Positions 12,514 to 25,282 of a stretch of 64,000 nucleotides of DNA are shown piece by piece; position 1 is the first letter of the stretch; the number at the start of each line of letters is the position of its first letter. The notes beneath the pieces are model-generated. The model was not told where the DNA came from, ran no database searches, and saw nothing but the letters and a program-made list of their open reading frames with translations. The stretch is from Squalus acanthias (Eukaryota), in NCBI GenBank assembly GCA_030390025.1, contig CM059427.1:186434001-186498000 (forward strand), given 5' to 3'. Made by a program: the position numbers and the translations under genes.

Positions 12514-13830
12514 TGTGAAGGAATAAGCAATATACCTATTCAGAAAAATACACCATTCTATGAAAGAATTCTGGCTTTATTAAAACATGACAAACTGGGT
12601 TTGGAAATCTAAAAACCTAACAATGGAGAAGCTGTATTGTTAACAGCATTCTGGCTATGGGGATGGGATGGTTGTTGACACTGAATCAATAACCTTGTTG
12701 AAACAGAAGGTTGGAGGCTCCCGACGGTCTGAATCTTTGGAAAAAAGACAATGGTACACCCTGTTAAGGTGTTCTAAATTACACTTCGGAAAGAAACACA
12801 TAAAATTAAGAAACATATGCCTTCGTAAAAATGACATCAAGTAAAAGAAACACCTGCCATCACATCGTTTTTATGTTAAACTTATAACACCTACGGAGGA
12901 GAGACACAAGTCTGTGTTACAACCAGCTGAGGTGACTTAAGAATTGCATAGATCACCCTGGTTGAGGTGTTCTAATTTACACTTCGTAAAGAGACACAAA
13001 CAGAAGGCCTTGGTAGAGATGACATCAAATAGACGCTGTTACACCGTTTTTTATGGTGGGCTTGGGACACCTGGGGTACAGACATAATTCTGCATTGCCA
13101 CCAGCTGAACTGACTAAGAATAGCAGGGGTCAGCAGAAAAATGACTAGAGATAATTATCTTACATCAGCAGAAAACATCAAAGGAAATACCACTGAAAAG
13201 GATATAAATATTGAACTTTCAAATAGGATGAGAGTCTCACTGTAAAGGGGCAAAGCGATTCTCAGGCTTCAGAGGCAGGCTCTAAGTCTACATCTCTTTG
13301 TACCTCGGGCATCAAAGGTATCAAAGGTATTTGATTTTGGTGGATATCCTAGAGTAAGACTAAGAACTGTAAAACTGTAGAGAAGTTAAGATCTGATAAT
13401 AAGAATTGTAAGCTTACTCTTTTTGGAACTGTTAATGTTGCGATTGAAACACTTACTGTAATTACATGTCGGTTCTTTAATAAATCTATATCTTTTTAGA
13501 ATTATCTCACATACTACTTCTGTATCAAACTCACAAACTCAATCTCTGTACGCTCTTTGGTGAGGAGTTGCAGAATTCTGAGGGAGTTTTCCGGACCCTC
13601 ATAATATCCGGAATGTTACAGTCTAGCTAAACTTATTAAAAGTGCTATCTGGAGGACGGTAACATCTTCAGGTTGTTACTTTCCTTTAGGAGAGATGGTC
13701 CAGACCTTTAGACCAAATTAAGCATCTTTAGGATTCGGCTACCTCAAACTTTAGTTGAAAGTGAACGTCTGAGGAATACGCCTGATCCGGGGTAGCCCTA
13801 AAGGGCCTAGGACTAGTAATTATCCCTTCA
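12514..13830 (+). mobile_element. Solo LTR, family X (1317 bp), inside CR1 ORF1
   Basis: TG...CA termini, GTGG TSD, TATAAA at 13203, AATAAA at 13479. Confidence 0.9.
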
Positions 13831-16385
13831 GTGGGACCTGTACCAGCCGGACGGGTTGCACCTCAACAGAGCTGGGACCAATATCCTCGCCGCGGCAGGG
13901 TGGGGGGTGGGGGCGGGGGGTGGGTTGCTAGTGCTGTTGAGGAGGGTTTAAACTAGCTTGGCAGGGGGATGGGAACCTAAGAATAGAGTCAGTAGGGAGG
14001 AAAGAAAAACTGGAATTGGAAAACAAAAACATAGAAAGTAAATTGGAAGGACTGATGAATCAAGGGCTAGATTGTAGTCAACAAGGAGGTTTGCCTGTAC
14101 TAAATTGTATATACTTCAATGCAAGGAGTATAGCGAACAAGGCAGATGAGCTGAGGGCACAGGTAGATACTTGGGACAATGATATTATAGCTATTACAGA
14201 GATGTGGCTGAAAGAGGGGCAGGTATGGCAGCTCAACATCCTGGTTACAGGATTTTCAGACGGGATAGAGAGGGAGGTAAAAAGGGAGGGAGGGTCGCGG
14301 TATTGATTAAAGAAACTATTACAGCTGTGAGGAGGGATGATATGTTGGAGGGATCATCAAACGAGGCCATATGGGTCGAATTGAAAAACAAAAAAGGGGG
14401 CAATCACACTGCTGGGAGTGTACTACAGACCCCCAAACAGTGAGAGGGAGATAGAAGAACAAATATGTAGACAAATTTCTGAGAAGTGCAAAAACTATAG
14501 GGCAGTAATAGTAGGGGATTTCAACTACCCCAATATTAACTGGAATAAAATTAGTGTGAAGGGTATAGAGGGTGCGGAATTCCTAAAATGCATCCAGGAG
14601 AACATTTTTAGCCAGTATGTAGCAAGCCCAACAAGGGAGGGGGCGGTTCTGGACTTATTTTTAGGGAATGAAGCTGGGCAGGTAGAAGGCATATCAGTGG
14701 GGGAGCATTTTGGTGCTAGTGACCATAATTCCGTTAGATTTAAGGTAGTTATGGAAAAGGACAAGGATAGACCAGGAATAAAAATTCTAAATTGGGGAAA
14801 AGCAAATTTTGCTAAGCTCAGAGGGGATTTAGCCACAGTGGACTGGAAACAGCTACTTGAAGGTAAACCAGTGTCAGAGCAGTGGGAGGCATTCAAGGAG
14901 GAGATCCGGAGGGTTCAGACCAAATATGTGCCCTCAAAGAAAAAAGGTGGGACTAACAAATCTAGTGCCCCCTGGATGTCTAGGGACATACAGGGTAAGA
15001 TGAAGAAAAAAAGGGAGGCGTATGACAGATACTGAGGGCTAAATAGTGCAGAATCTTTAGAGGAGTGCAGAAAGTGCAGGGGTGCAATTAAAAAGGATAT
15101 TAGGAAAGCAAAGCGAGGGCATGTAAAATTCTTGGCAAGTAAAATCAAGAAAAACCCAAAGATGTTTTATAAATATATTAAGAGTAAGAGGATAACTAAA
15201 GAAAGGCTAGGGCCTATTAGAGATCATGAGGGTAATCTGTGTGTGGAGACGGGAGATGTCGGTAGGGTTCTTAATGAATACATGCTTCTGTTTTCACAAA
15301 GGTGGGGCGAAGCAGACATTGCTATCAGGGGAGGAGCAGTGTGAAATATTAGATGAAATAGACATAGTGAGAGAGGAAGTATTAAGGGGTTTAGCAGCTT
15401 TAAAAGTGGAAAAATCCCCAGGCCCGGAAGGAAAGTATCCCAGGCTGTTAAGCGAAGCAAAAGAGGAAATAGCAGAGGCCTTGGCCATCATTTTCCAATC
15501 CTCTCTGGCTTCAGGTGTGGTGCCAGAGGACTGGAGGACTGCTAATGTGGTAACCTTGTTTAAAAAGGGAGAAAAGGATAGACCGAGTAATTACAGGCCA
15601 GTCAACCTAACCTCGGTGGTGGGAAAATTATTGGAAAGAATTCTGAAGGACAGGATAAATCTTCATTTAGGAAGACACGGATTAATCAAGGATAGTCAGC
15701 ATGGATTTGTTAAGGGAAGGTCGTGTCTGACAAACTTGGTTGAATTATTTGAGGAGGTAACAAGGAGGGTAGATGAGGGTAGTGCATTTGATGTAGTGTA
15801 TATGGACTTTAGCAAGGCTTTTGATAAGGTTCCACATGGCAGACTGGTCACGAAGTTAAAAGCCCATGGATCCAGGGCAAAGTGTCAAGTTGGATTCAAA
15901 ACTGGCTCGGAGACAGGAAGCAGAGGGTAATGGTTGATGGGTGTTTTTGTGATGGGAAGGCTGTTTCCAGTGGGGTTCTGCAGGGCTCAGTACTAGGTCC
16001 CTTGCTTTTTGTGGTATATATCAATGATCTAGACTTGAATATAGGGGGTATGATTAAGATGTTTGCAGATGATACTAAAATCAGCTGTGTGGTTGATACT
16101 GAAGAAGGAAGCTGTAGACTGCAGGAAGATATCAATAAATTGGTCAGGTGGGCAGAACAGTGGCAAATGGAATTCAATCCGGAGAATTGTGAGGTAATGC
16201 ATTTGGGGAGGGCTAACAAGGAAAGGGAATACACAATAAATGGTAGGACACTGAGTAGTGTAGAGGAACAAAGGGAGCTTGGTGTGCATTTCCACAGATC
16301 CCTGAAGGTAGCAGGCCAGGTAGATAAGCTGGTTAAGAAGGCATATGGAATGCTTGCCTTTATTAGCCATGGCATAGAATACAAG

Positions 16386-16482
16386 TCACAGTAACTCTAC
16401 CTGAAGAAGGGGCAGGATAGCTCCGAAAGCTTGTAATTTTAAATAAATCTGTTGGACTATAACCTGGTGTTGTGTGACTTCT
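16386..16482 (+). mobile_element. 97-bp Penelope-type terminal fragment of a second family
   Basis: 13-bp TSD CATARAATACAAG, hammerhead-like core, short inverted ends AAGTCACA/TGTGACTT. Confidence 0.65.
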
Positions 16483-16671
16483 CATAAAATACAAGAGCAT
16501 GGGGGTCATGCTTGAACTGTATAAAACAGTAGTTAGGCCTCAGCTAGAATACTGCGTGCAGTTCTGGTCACCACATTACAGGAAAGATGTGATTGCACGA
16601 GAGAGGGTGCAGAGGAGATTTTACAAGGATGTTGCCGGGAGTAGAGAATCTTAGCTATGAGGAAAGACTGG

Positions 16672-18370
16672 TGTAAGGGGTTCGCGGCGTGCTTGGATCG
16701 CAGACGGTGCTGGTGCGGGGTTAGGCCTTCGTTGCCTAATACTATTGCTTGCTCTGGTCTCCGGCCAGCCTTGTTGCAATAAGCACCTGTGAGTGGTTCG
16801 ACTCACTCGCCCTTACGGTTCTAACACTGGACTTAGGTGCGAGAGCAGTAATGCAGAGAAAAACTCAAATAGACCCGGTTGAATAGTACGAAAATGGAAA
16901 TCTTTATTGCATAGCGTCTAAAATAATGAAGTACATGTCATAGGCACAAATTAACGATAGTACAAGTATACATACATTCATAAAGCTTGGTCTATGGTAA
17001 TGAAGAACGCACGGCACATCGTAAAAAGGGGAACACATTATACTTTATCCTTAATAAAACCACCCTCCTTTTATCAATACCTACACTACATCTAGATTTG
17101 TAGGATCGGGAAACATGCTCACCACTCGTGATACTTCAGAGAATTTTAAAGTGAGGCACTCGGCTCGTTTCGCTGCAGCGCCTGACTGTCACGTGTTTGG
17201 AGGGGTCTCTGTACGCCACTTGTTTATCTTCGCTGCTGCGGTAAGCAGGCCAGACCGTCTTTTGTCATGAAGAACTCGACAGAACTCGGACACGTTTGTA
17301 GAATTCAAAGAAAAGTCTTCCTGTACCGACACCAGTTGTCGATAGAATTCAAAGAAGAGTCTTTGACCGGTTCGTGGAATAACCTGTAGAGTTCAAGAAA
17401 TGGGTCTTATATTTTCGGGCGCGGTCGGGGTTTACTGACCGCGGCGGCACGTGGATTCTTCTTCTTCTTGTCTCGTTTCGTTTTGTCTCTTCGGGCCTTC
17501 GGGTCCAGACACCGTTTACCGACTCTCGGGATGGTGCACCCGGTCACTTGCCTTTGTCGAGGCGGCTCGTTCCGTTTGAGCTCCACCCAACATTCGAATA
17601 ACCGACCAGTACGGCTAAAAGTCAAGAGTCAACAATGTCCAGCCCTCAAGAAGAGCTTCAGCAAGGGTCCGCCGAGAGATAAGAGTCGATTCAAGCGAAT
17701 AAGCGCACTGGGAGAATAAGAGAGTGATGGATATTTGTTCACTATAGTTATAGTGCTGTGTTCCCTTATCTCCCGCCCAAATCTTAATGTTTGTCCTTTG
17801 TGAAATATTGGCGCTCAAAACTCCCAGCATGGGGCGATTCTTGTCTTTAATGGGTTTCGGTAGCACCTGAAACTGGCCAACTACCCGTTAATGTTTTCCC
17901 CATTGTTGACCCAGGCAGGATCGTATGAATTGTCTCCCTGACTGGTTATGGGGGCCCCCGAATACTTGTTTAATCACCCGAGAATGTCTCTCTCATTGTA
18001 GAGCCGTGGGGGTATTTGTGTATTGATGTGTCTGGATGGGCCTTCGATTGCCCAGTACAATGAACCTTACTTGTGCATGGAAAACGATTCCAGCACTCAT
18101 ATCTTTTGCTATTGTTTCGAATGCAAACAGGTCGCATCCTGTCTTTATCACTGTTTATCGAGTATGATCCCGTCTTATATTGAAATGTTTATTCGAACGC
18201 CATCTTGTCTGCCCACTGAAATTCTGGAAGCTTCTGTCACGATGCGCGGCAGCCATTTTACAGGCTTCTGTGTACTTTTTAATCATGACAGCATTTCGTT
18301 TAAATAAACTGATCAAACGAATCTGCTTCTCTCTCGTTATTTTGAATCGCGATAATTGCGAAACTTTACA
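16672..18370 (-). mobile_element. Solo LTR, unrelated family Y (1699 bp), inside CR1 ORF2
   Basis: TGTAA...TTACA termini, CTGG TSD, CR1 sequence resumes seamlessly afterwards. Orientation inferred from minus-strand TATA (about 17410) and AATAAA (about 16905). Confidence 0.8.
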
Positions 18371-20598
18371 CTGGATCGGCTGCGTTCGTTTTCCTTGGAG
18401 CAGAGGAGGCTGAGGGGAGACCTTATTGAGGTGTATAAAATAATGAGGGGCATAGATAAAGTGGATAGAACGGACCTATTTCCCTTACCAGAGGGGTCAA
18501 AAACCAGGGGGCACAGATTTAAAGTAATTGGTGGAAGGTTTAGAGGGGATTTGAGGGGAAATTTCTTCACCCAGAGGGTTGTGGGGGTCTGGAACTCACT
18601 GCCTGAAAGGGTGATAGAAGCAGGAACCCGAACCACATTTAAAAAGTACTTGGATGTGCACTTGGGATGCTGTAACCTTCAGGGCTACGGACCTAGAGCT
18701 GGGAAGTGGGATTAGGCTGGATAGCTCTTTGTTGGACGGCACAGACACGATGGGCCGAAATGGCCTCCTTCCGTGCTGTAACATTCTATGATTCTATGAT
18801 TCTGTGATAAGATTACATCGAAGGATTAGCTGGAGGAACCGACTATCTTCCCTCATCCCTTGTCTTTATTTATCCTCATAATAATAAGGTTGAGTCCATG
18901 AGGGTGCTGCCAGAAAATGAAAAGCGAAGGTGTAGTGTTAGGAGATTTAAATCAGTCAGGAAATATTAAAAGAGGAAAAAGCATCAATGGTACATGGCTG
19001 AAATAAAGAACAGAGGGAAAAGAAACAAAATGAAGCATCAGCTATACTTGGTTAAAAAAACTCACAGGATTGAAGGAAGCAAAAGCCAGTTAGACTGTTA
19101 AACTTACTGTGAATTCAGCTCTATCACCAACGTTGTTTGTGCCGGATTCTCACACAGGTCTTGTGATTCACTGAGCAGTGCGAATTCCGACAGAGTATCC
19201 GTGATAGGCACCAGACAGCAATTCACCACCTCAACAGCACCTGTCCACGCACTGAGTGTTAATAATAGGCTCAGCAATATTACAAGGCAAGGTTTCACAA
19301 CCAGCAGCACAGTGCGTGGATCCTGCATTAGCTCCCACACTAGAAACCCCGCCAGAGGAACTTGGGGTCGAAGTGAACTATCGGGTGTCTGACCGGCGGA
19401 GCGGGATGGCGATGGACGGCCGCCCGATGGTGCTGACGGCAGGCCCGGTCCATGTTGACGGACGGGCCTCATTAGCATCACACCGGCAGGCCTTGGGCAG
19501 AAATCGATGGGCCTACCGCCTGACTCCGCCCACCCAGCGCTAGGCCCGGGAGAAGATCGCCGTGGCAACAGTGACTGCAGGAATGGGGGGAAGGGGGGCT
19601 GAGCCATTCCTGGCCATTTTCTGGGACATTATCATCCCGATTCCACCAGCCAGGAGGCCTCAAAATTCAACCACTCACTCCCTGAACAGTGGGATTATAG
19701 GTCATTGAATACAATGGTACATTGAGGCTTGCAAACCAGATATTCGAGAAGACAATTACATTGATATGGAGAGTAAACTAAAGACAAATGATTGGGGGAT
19801 AACATGGTAGATTACATTCAATGTTCTGTTTAATAGTTTAAAATTAGGTTTGATAATCTTGACCATGATCAATGCCATGGGAAATGACCCAGTCCATCAT
19901 AATTATACTGGAAGTCTGTCTACTGATGAAATTGTCCATTTATATCATGTAGTTACCTCATTTAGTTTTACAATATTATATTAAGATTTTGAAATAAAAT
20001 ATTAAATTAAATATACCATAGATAAACATTGCAACAACACACAAAACTTTCAAAAACATGCATGGTAACACTGTTAAACATTAATAGTTTCAACAAAATT
20101 GCACTTTGTCAAAATAGGTGTTTTTTAAGTGCCTGCCAGTTACAGATCTGTGGCTGTCTCACACCTTGATGGTTAATGTCTCCCCAGACAGCACAGCCGA
20201 GATTGGGAACTCACCACCTGGGGAATCTCAGGTGTGAATCTGTATTCTGCCACTCTGGTCAGGACAACACTTTCACATCCAGTTTGTCAGTTAAGATAAT
20301 GAATGACCCAATTTTGAGTTTATTCACTCCCTTTTCATTCCCTCAGAGCTGCTCACTTTAATTCTAAACCATTGCACCCACAAGAATCTGATGAAAATAG
20401 TCAAATCCAGACACATAAATGTGACAAAAAGAACACAACGTGGACTTGGTCTTGATGGAAATATTTGGTTCTCTGGCTCCCAGTGTTTAAAGCAGAATGT
20501 TTTCATTTTCCACATCTTTTACAGAATAACTGGCAGGAGTATTTAAATATTAAACGAGATGGAGAGTGAAATGAAAATCTCAACTTTGTCCTTCACAG

Positions 20599-20702
20599 TG
20601 AGACCACTTCCGGAGATTTGGGTCATCACAGTTTCGGGCTACTTGTTGGTTAAACTGGGCGTTGCTGTTGGACTAATTTGCTGCTTGAAGAGGATGACCA
20701 GA
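20599..20702 (+). pseudogene. Copy A transmembrane exon (VRPLPEIWVITVSGYLLVKLGVAVGLICCLKRMTR)
   Basis: cttcacAG acceptor in phase 1, matching D4. Hydrophobic 24-aa span with a central Lys, then CC and basic residues. GTAAGA donor in phase 0. Confidence 0.8.
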
Positions 20703-22558
20703 GTAAGAATTTCTTTAAGCTTTCCAGTAAATCAGGAATTAGTGCCGAGCTGTCACTTGACTCTGAGAAACTGATGTTCGTTGAACAGATATTATGTGGT
20801 CACAAACTGTATTTTAAAATTTCATTTAAATATTGTACATTATACTGAATTTAAAGTAAACATCACTTAAATGAAGCAATTGTTCAAATTTGGTGAAATG
20901 TTATAGCTTTGAATATTTTTCCTGATTCAAACGGCAATAAATTCCCTGCTCCAACTTTCCATCAGGCTCTGAGGAAGGAATCAGGGCGATCTCGGAGGGC
21001 CATACCTGATTATTAATGAATGGACAATGCTCAAACTAGGAGCCCAATCTTTTAATATTTTTCACTGATTATCACGAATATTCCTCTTTTAAATTAGTAA
21101 CTTGATATTTGTCAGAAACCAGTATTTGAGCACAACCAGTAAAAATTACAATAAAAGGAAACTACTAATGTATTCTGTGACAATTAATGAGTTTGATCAT
21201 TTTAATGTGTGCTGTTATTCTTGTTGCTGTGACCTGGTGGCGCTAGAGAGCTGCAGTAGTGTTGGGGCCTAGAAATTAATTTGTCGCTCTGTAAACCACT
21301 TCCTCTGTGGCCAGTTTGGTTCACCTGATTTACTCAAAGTCAAATCTCAGTCGATTCAAAAGCCAAGTTTCTGTTTCGGAGAGCCCTGTCGTGTTTGTGT
21401 TCGAGAAAGGAGTGTTTCAAGTCTATGTGGTTCTGGGTGAAGCGAGGCATTGTAGAATGGGAACTATTGGGGTGAGAGGCACAGAAATGTGGTAACTAGT
21501 GGAAAGTTTGAACTGACATGAAGGATGTGAGGTAATCTGTATTGTTCAGGATGTTTACTTAGAATGACATAGAATTTACAGCACAGAAACAGAACATTCG
21601 GCCCAACTGGTCTGTGTCGGTGTTTATGCTCCACACGAGCCTCCTCCCACCCTACTTCATCTCACCCTATCGACATATCCTTCTATTCCTTTCTCCCTCA
21701 TGTACTTATCCAGCTTCCCCTTAAATGAATCTGTATTATTCGCCTAAAACACTGCATATGGTTGCGAGTTCCAGCGAGGAAGGAATAGGGAAATCTCTGA
21801 GGGCCAAACCTGATTATCAATGAATGAAATAAAGACAGAAAATTAATGAACATTGCTCACACTAGCAGCCCAATATTCTAGTTTTAAAATTTTCATTTAA
21901 TTTACTATCACAAATATTCCTCTTGGAAATTGGAAATTGGTAACTTGATTTTCGTCAGAAACCAATATAATTTGAACAGATGTTTGAAAATGCACAACCA
22001 GTAACAATTACAATAAACTGAACAGTACGACTGTATTTAGTGAAAATTTATTTTGATAAACTTTACATCAGATCACAGCTCAGGGACGTAATAAAAGTGA
22101 CAGAATCAGTAGCTTTAGTAGGAGAGTATTGTTCTGTCAGAGGCAGAGTTGTAAGTTCAAGGAGGTAACTTTACTGGTGAGGTCAGTCGACCACAGGGAG
22201 AACCTCTTAGGAATGTGATAACACTATGGCCATGAACTTCGAGCTCAATGGTGTGACCTTATTTTACATACATTCATACATTCATTGTAGGAAAAATCTT
22301 CCACAGTATCTTCTATCAATAACTGGAGTTAGTTTATCATTTTAATCAGGTCTGTTCCTTCCAATTACTGAAGCCTTGAATTGTTGAAATTATCTCATTA
22401 ACACTGAGCCAGTGATGTGTGGGTCATGGTCTGTTCTGTTCCCCATTCTGTAAAATTACTGCTCTATTCAACTTCGTCTTTATCTATCACTTCCAGTCCA
22501 GTGTTTATTATTGAAGGATAAGCTCTTTATTTAAAGCACATTTCTTGCCTCTTGTCAG

Positions 22559-22666
22559 ATATCGAACAGCTGGAATCCACACGAGGTGACAGGAAATGAA
22601 ACAGATGATTCACAAGAAGCCGTCGCATTACAGACCCTGAACTCTGATACTGATCTGAGATCATAG
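22559..22666 (+). pseudogene. Candidate terminal cytoplasmic exon (ISNSWNPHEVTGNETDDSQEAVALQTLNSDTDLRS*)
   Basis: tttcttgcctcttgtcAG acceptor, phase 0 compatible with the TM exon, TAG at 22664-22666. A possible AATAAA lies at 23340. No independent support. Confidence 0.5.
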
Positions 22667-23640
22667 AATGACTGATACAGCACAGAAGGAGACCATTCAG
22701 CCCATCATTCTTGTGCCCATCGAGATCTGCAGTCTCTGGAAACTAGATCGATCCAACTTGGGAAACTTTAGAAATAGATTTGTGGTTTTATTCTGGATTT
22801 ATTTTGTGGTAATTTTTTTATGTAGCTGGTTTAGTTTATATCCCGAAGTGTCCATTTCAATAGTTCCCAGTCTCAGTATCTGTTACTTTACTTTACAAGT
22901 CCTAACTTGCCAGGTCGCTGTAAGAAATTCTAATGGTGGAAAATCGTGCTGATGTTGGGCTGAATTCCTGATCTCCACTCGTGGCCGGTGAGGCTCCAGG
23001 CTGGGGACACAGTTTTATAACTGTAGGGACTGATGGTGACCCAGTGCTGCAGCCGTGGGTGGAGCTTGAAGTGTTGGGACGTGGATTTGTGACTGTGGGT
23101 CCCCAGTGAGTGATCTCAGCTGGACTCTCTCTGCAGAGGAGCTGAATGGAGCTGAGCTGCTACAAATGAGAAGGAATGAAACTCGGCTCAGTAAATATGG
23201 GCATCTCCCCTGTACCTCCCAGCACCTGTTCAAACAACGAGATCGCGGAATCTCCGGAGAATGTTGTCTCCATGCTCTCACCCAGGGAATTGTTTGCAGC
23301 AGAGTGCGACTAAAAGATTAACAGAAAAGAAACAGCATGAATAAAAGTTGTGAAAAGTAAATCTGCAAATTAAAGTGGGAATGATTACAGCTTTGGGAAT
23401 GTTTTATTAATTTATCCTTAACAATCAATTAAAAGTCCTGATAATCAATTGTTTGCTGATTTTACTGATTGATTGTGATGAAGAGTTTGCTTCGGAATGG
23501 AATGGGAAAATGTTTCCTCTTGTCATTGAATCTCTCCTGCCCTCCACCCTATCACAGACCTTCCCCTTTATTCTTTCCTCCCCCTTTTTTCACCCGCTCT
23601 GTACTTGCTTAAAAACTGTTCAATCTCTAACATCTGCCAG

Positions 23641-25081
23641 TTTAGGGATAATTACAATCCTAGCCCTTTTCTGGCTACCCCAGATCAGGCATATTCCCCA
23701 GACGTTCACCTTCAACTAAAGTTAGCGGTAGCTGAATCCCAGAGATGCTTATTTGGGTCTAAAGGTAAAGACTATCTCTCCCTAAAGGAAAGGAATGGCC
23801 TGAAGATGTTACCATCCTCCGGATAGCACTTTTGACAAGTTCAACTTGACTGTAACCTTCCGGATATTATGAGGGTCCGGAAAACCCCCCAGAATTCTGC
23901 AACTCCTCTCAAAAGAGTGTACAGAAATTGAGTTTGTGAGATTGATACAGAAATACTCTTTGAGACAATTTTTAAAATATATAGATTTATTAAAGAACCG
24001 ACACTTAGTTAACAGCTGGTATGGCAATCGCAACTTTAACCGTTCAAAATATAAATAGCTTACATTTCTTATCAGAGATCCTTATTCTCAAATCTTAACT
24101 TCGTTACATTTCCACACTTCTACTTATTTCTTAATCCAGAATATCCACCAAAATCAAATACCTTGATTACCCAAGACTCAAAGTTGTAGGCCTACAGAGT
24201 TGTTCTGAAGGCGAGAATCACTCTGCCCCTTCCCAGTGACTTCTGACTATCTGAAAAGCTCTATTTTTATACCTTTTTTTAGTGGTATATTCTTTGAAGT
24301 TTTCTGTTGATGTAAGCTAATTATCTCTAGTCATATCTCTGTTGACTTCTTTCTATTCTTACTGTTAATTCAGCTGTTAGCTTTCAGAATCCTGTCTGCT
24401 GTATAGCTGTTCGAAAGTTATCTTAAATTATGGTTATGACAGATTTATCTCTTTGATACCATTCTTAGGAAGTTTTCCATTGATTTGTTAAATCACTTTA
24501 GCTGCTTGTATTACAGACATCGTGTCTCCTAACTGTTCCATTTTCAATACAAACACAATGTGATTGCTTGGTGTCATCTATTGATATTATATCTTCAAAG
24601 TGTTCTGTTTGTACCTTTTACAATTTGTAACTCAAAAACACTTCATCCAGGGTGTTCATTTTCCTAGCCATCTTAGTTGGTTATATATATAATCGTGTTT
24701 CCTGTTTCATTTGATGTTACTTTTACAAAGGCACATGGTTTTTTAATATTCTGTTTTTCTTGTTCGAAGTGTTAGATTTCAACACTTTACTTGGGCATTG
24801 CTATTGTGTTGGTTCCAAACTGTAGACATCTTGGAATCAAGCCTTTCCTTTTTCAATAGGGCCTTTGTCTTTGTATTTACAAACCAATTCCCATTTCAAA
24901 GCTTGTTTGGTGTTTACAGCTTTTGTTATCAATTGTTCTTTTCTCAAAAGCCTGTATTGTGTTTGCAGCCTGTGTTGCCGAGGCTTTCCAGACGTTTAAA
25001 CCCAGTATGTCATGTATTAATAATATCAGAAATCTGTTCATAGGATGGTGTATCTTTTGGAATATGGCTATTCCCTTTACA
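23641..25081 (-). mobile_element. Solo LTR, family X (1441 bp), inside a Penelope tail
   Basis: CCAG TSD, close homologue of 1107-2598, one terminus mutated. Confidence 0.9.
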
Positions 25082-25282
25082 CCAGTTCTGTTGAAAGGTC
25101 ATTGAGCTGTAACATTAACTCTCTCTCTCCACAAATGCTGCCTGTTCTGCTGAGTATTTCCAGCATTTTCTGTTTTTATTCCTCTTTAGCCATGTTGCAT
25201 TAATGGGGAGGGTACATTTCCCTTTTCGTTTGACTCCATTCTTTTAACCATTTATGGGAATGCATCCAAGGTAATGGATCTG

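Larger units (their letters stand above)
11300..18802 (+). mobile_element. Near full-length decayed CR1 LINE (zinc finger and SGNH esterase ORF1; APE endonuclease and RT ORF2) with three nested insertions
   Basis: GDSIVRG and HIGTN esterase motifs, NARSI, GDFN, SDH, QGSVLGP, FADD, and a (ATTCTATG)n tail. Confidence 0.95.
175..22666 (+). pseudogene. Copy A: disabled four-Ig-domain (V-C2-V-C2) transmembrane receptor gene, CD4/LAG-3-like architecture; leader exon lies upstream of the window
   Basis: Exons 175-514, 3833-4102, 10164-10514, 10593-10862, 20599-20702 and probably 22559-22666 join in compatible phases. Lesions versus copy B: 1-bp deletions near 245 and 360 and in-frame TGA at 284-286. 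The D3 acceptor reads AA instead of AG at 10162-10163. Confidence 0.85.

Noticed and set aside
11896-12612. Cellular SGNH/GDSL esterase gene (also 50016-50690)
   Set aside because: It is the ORF1 esterase of CR1 LINEs, upstream of ORF2.
20347-20455. Extra stalk exon between D4 and TM
   Set aside because: There is a good acceptor, but no convincing phase-compatible donor or recognisable peptide.
175-22666. Assigning the symbol CD4 or LAG3
   Set aside because: Diagnostic tail motifs and the split D1 exon are absent, the TM is charged, and no syntenic markers are in the window.
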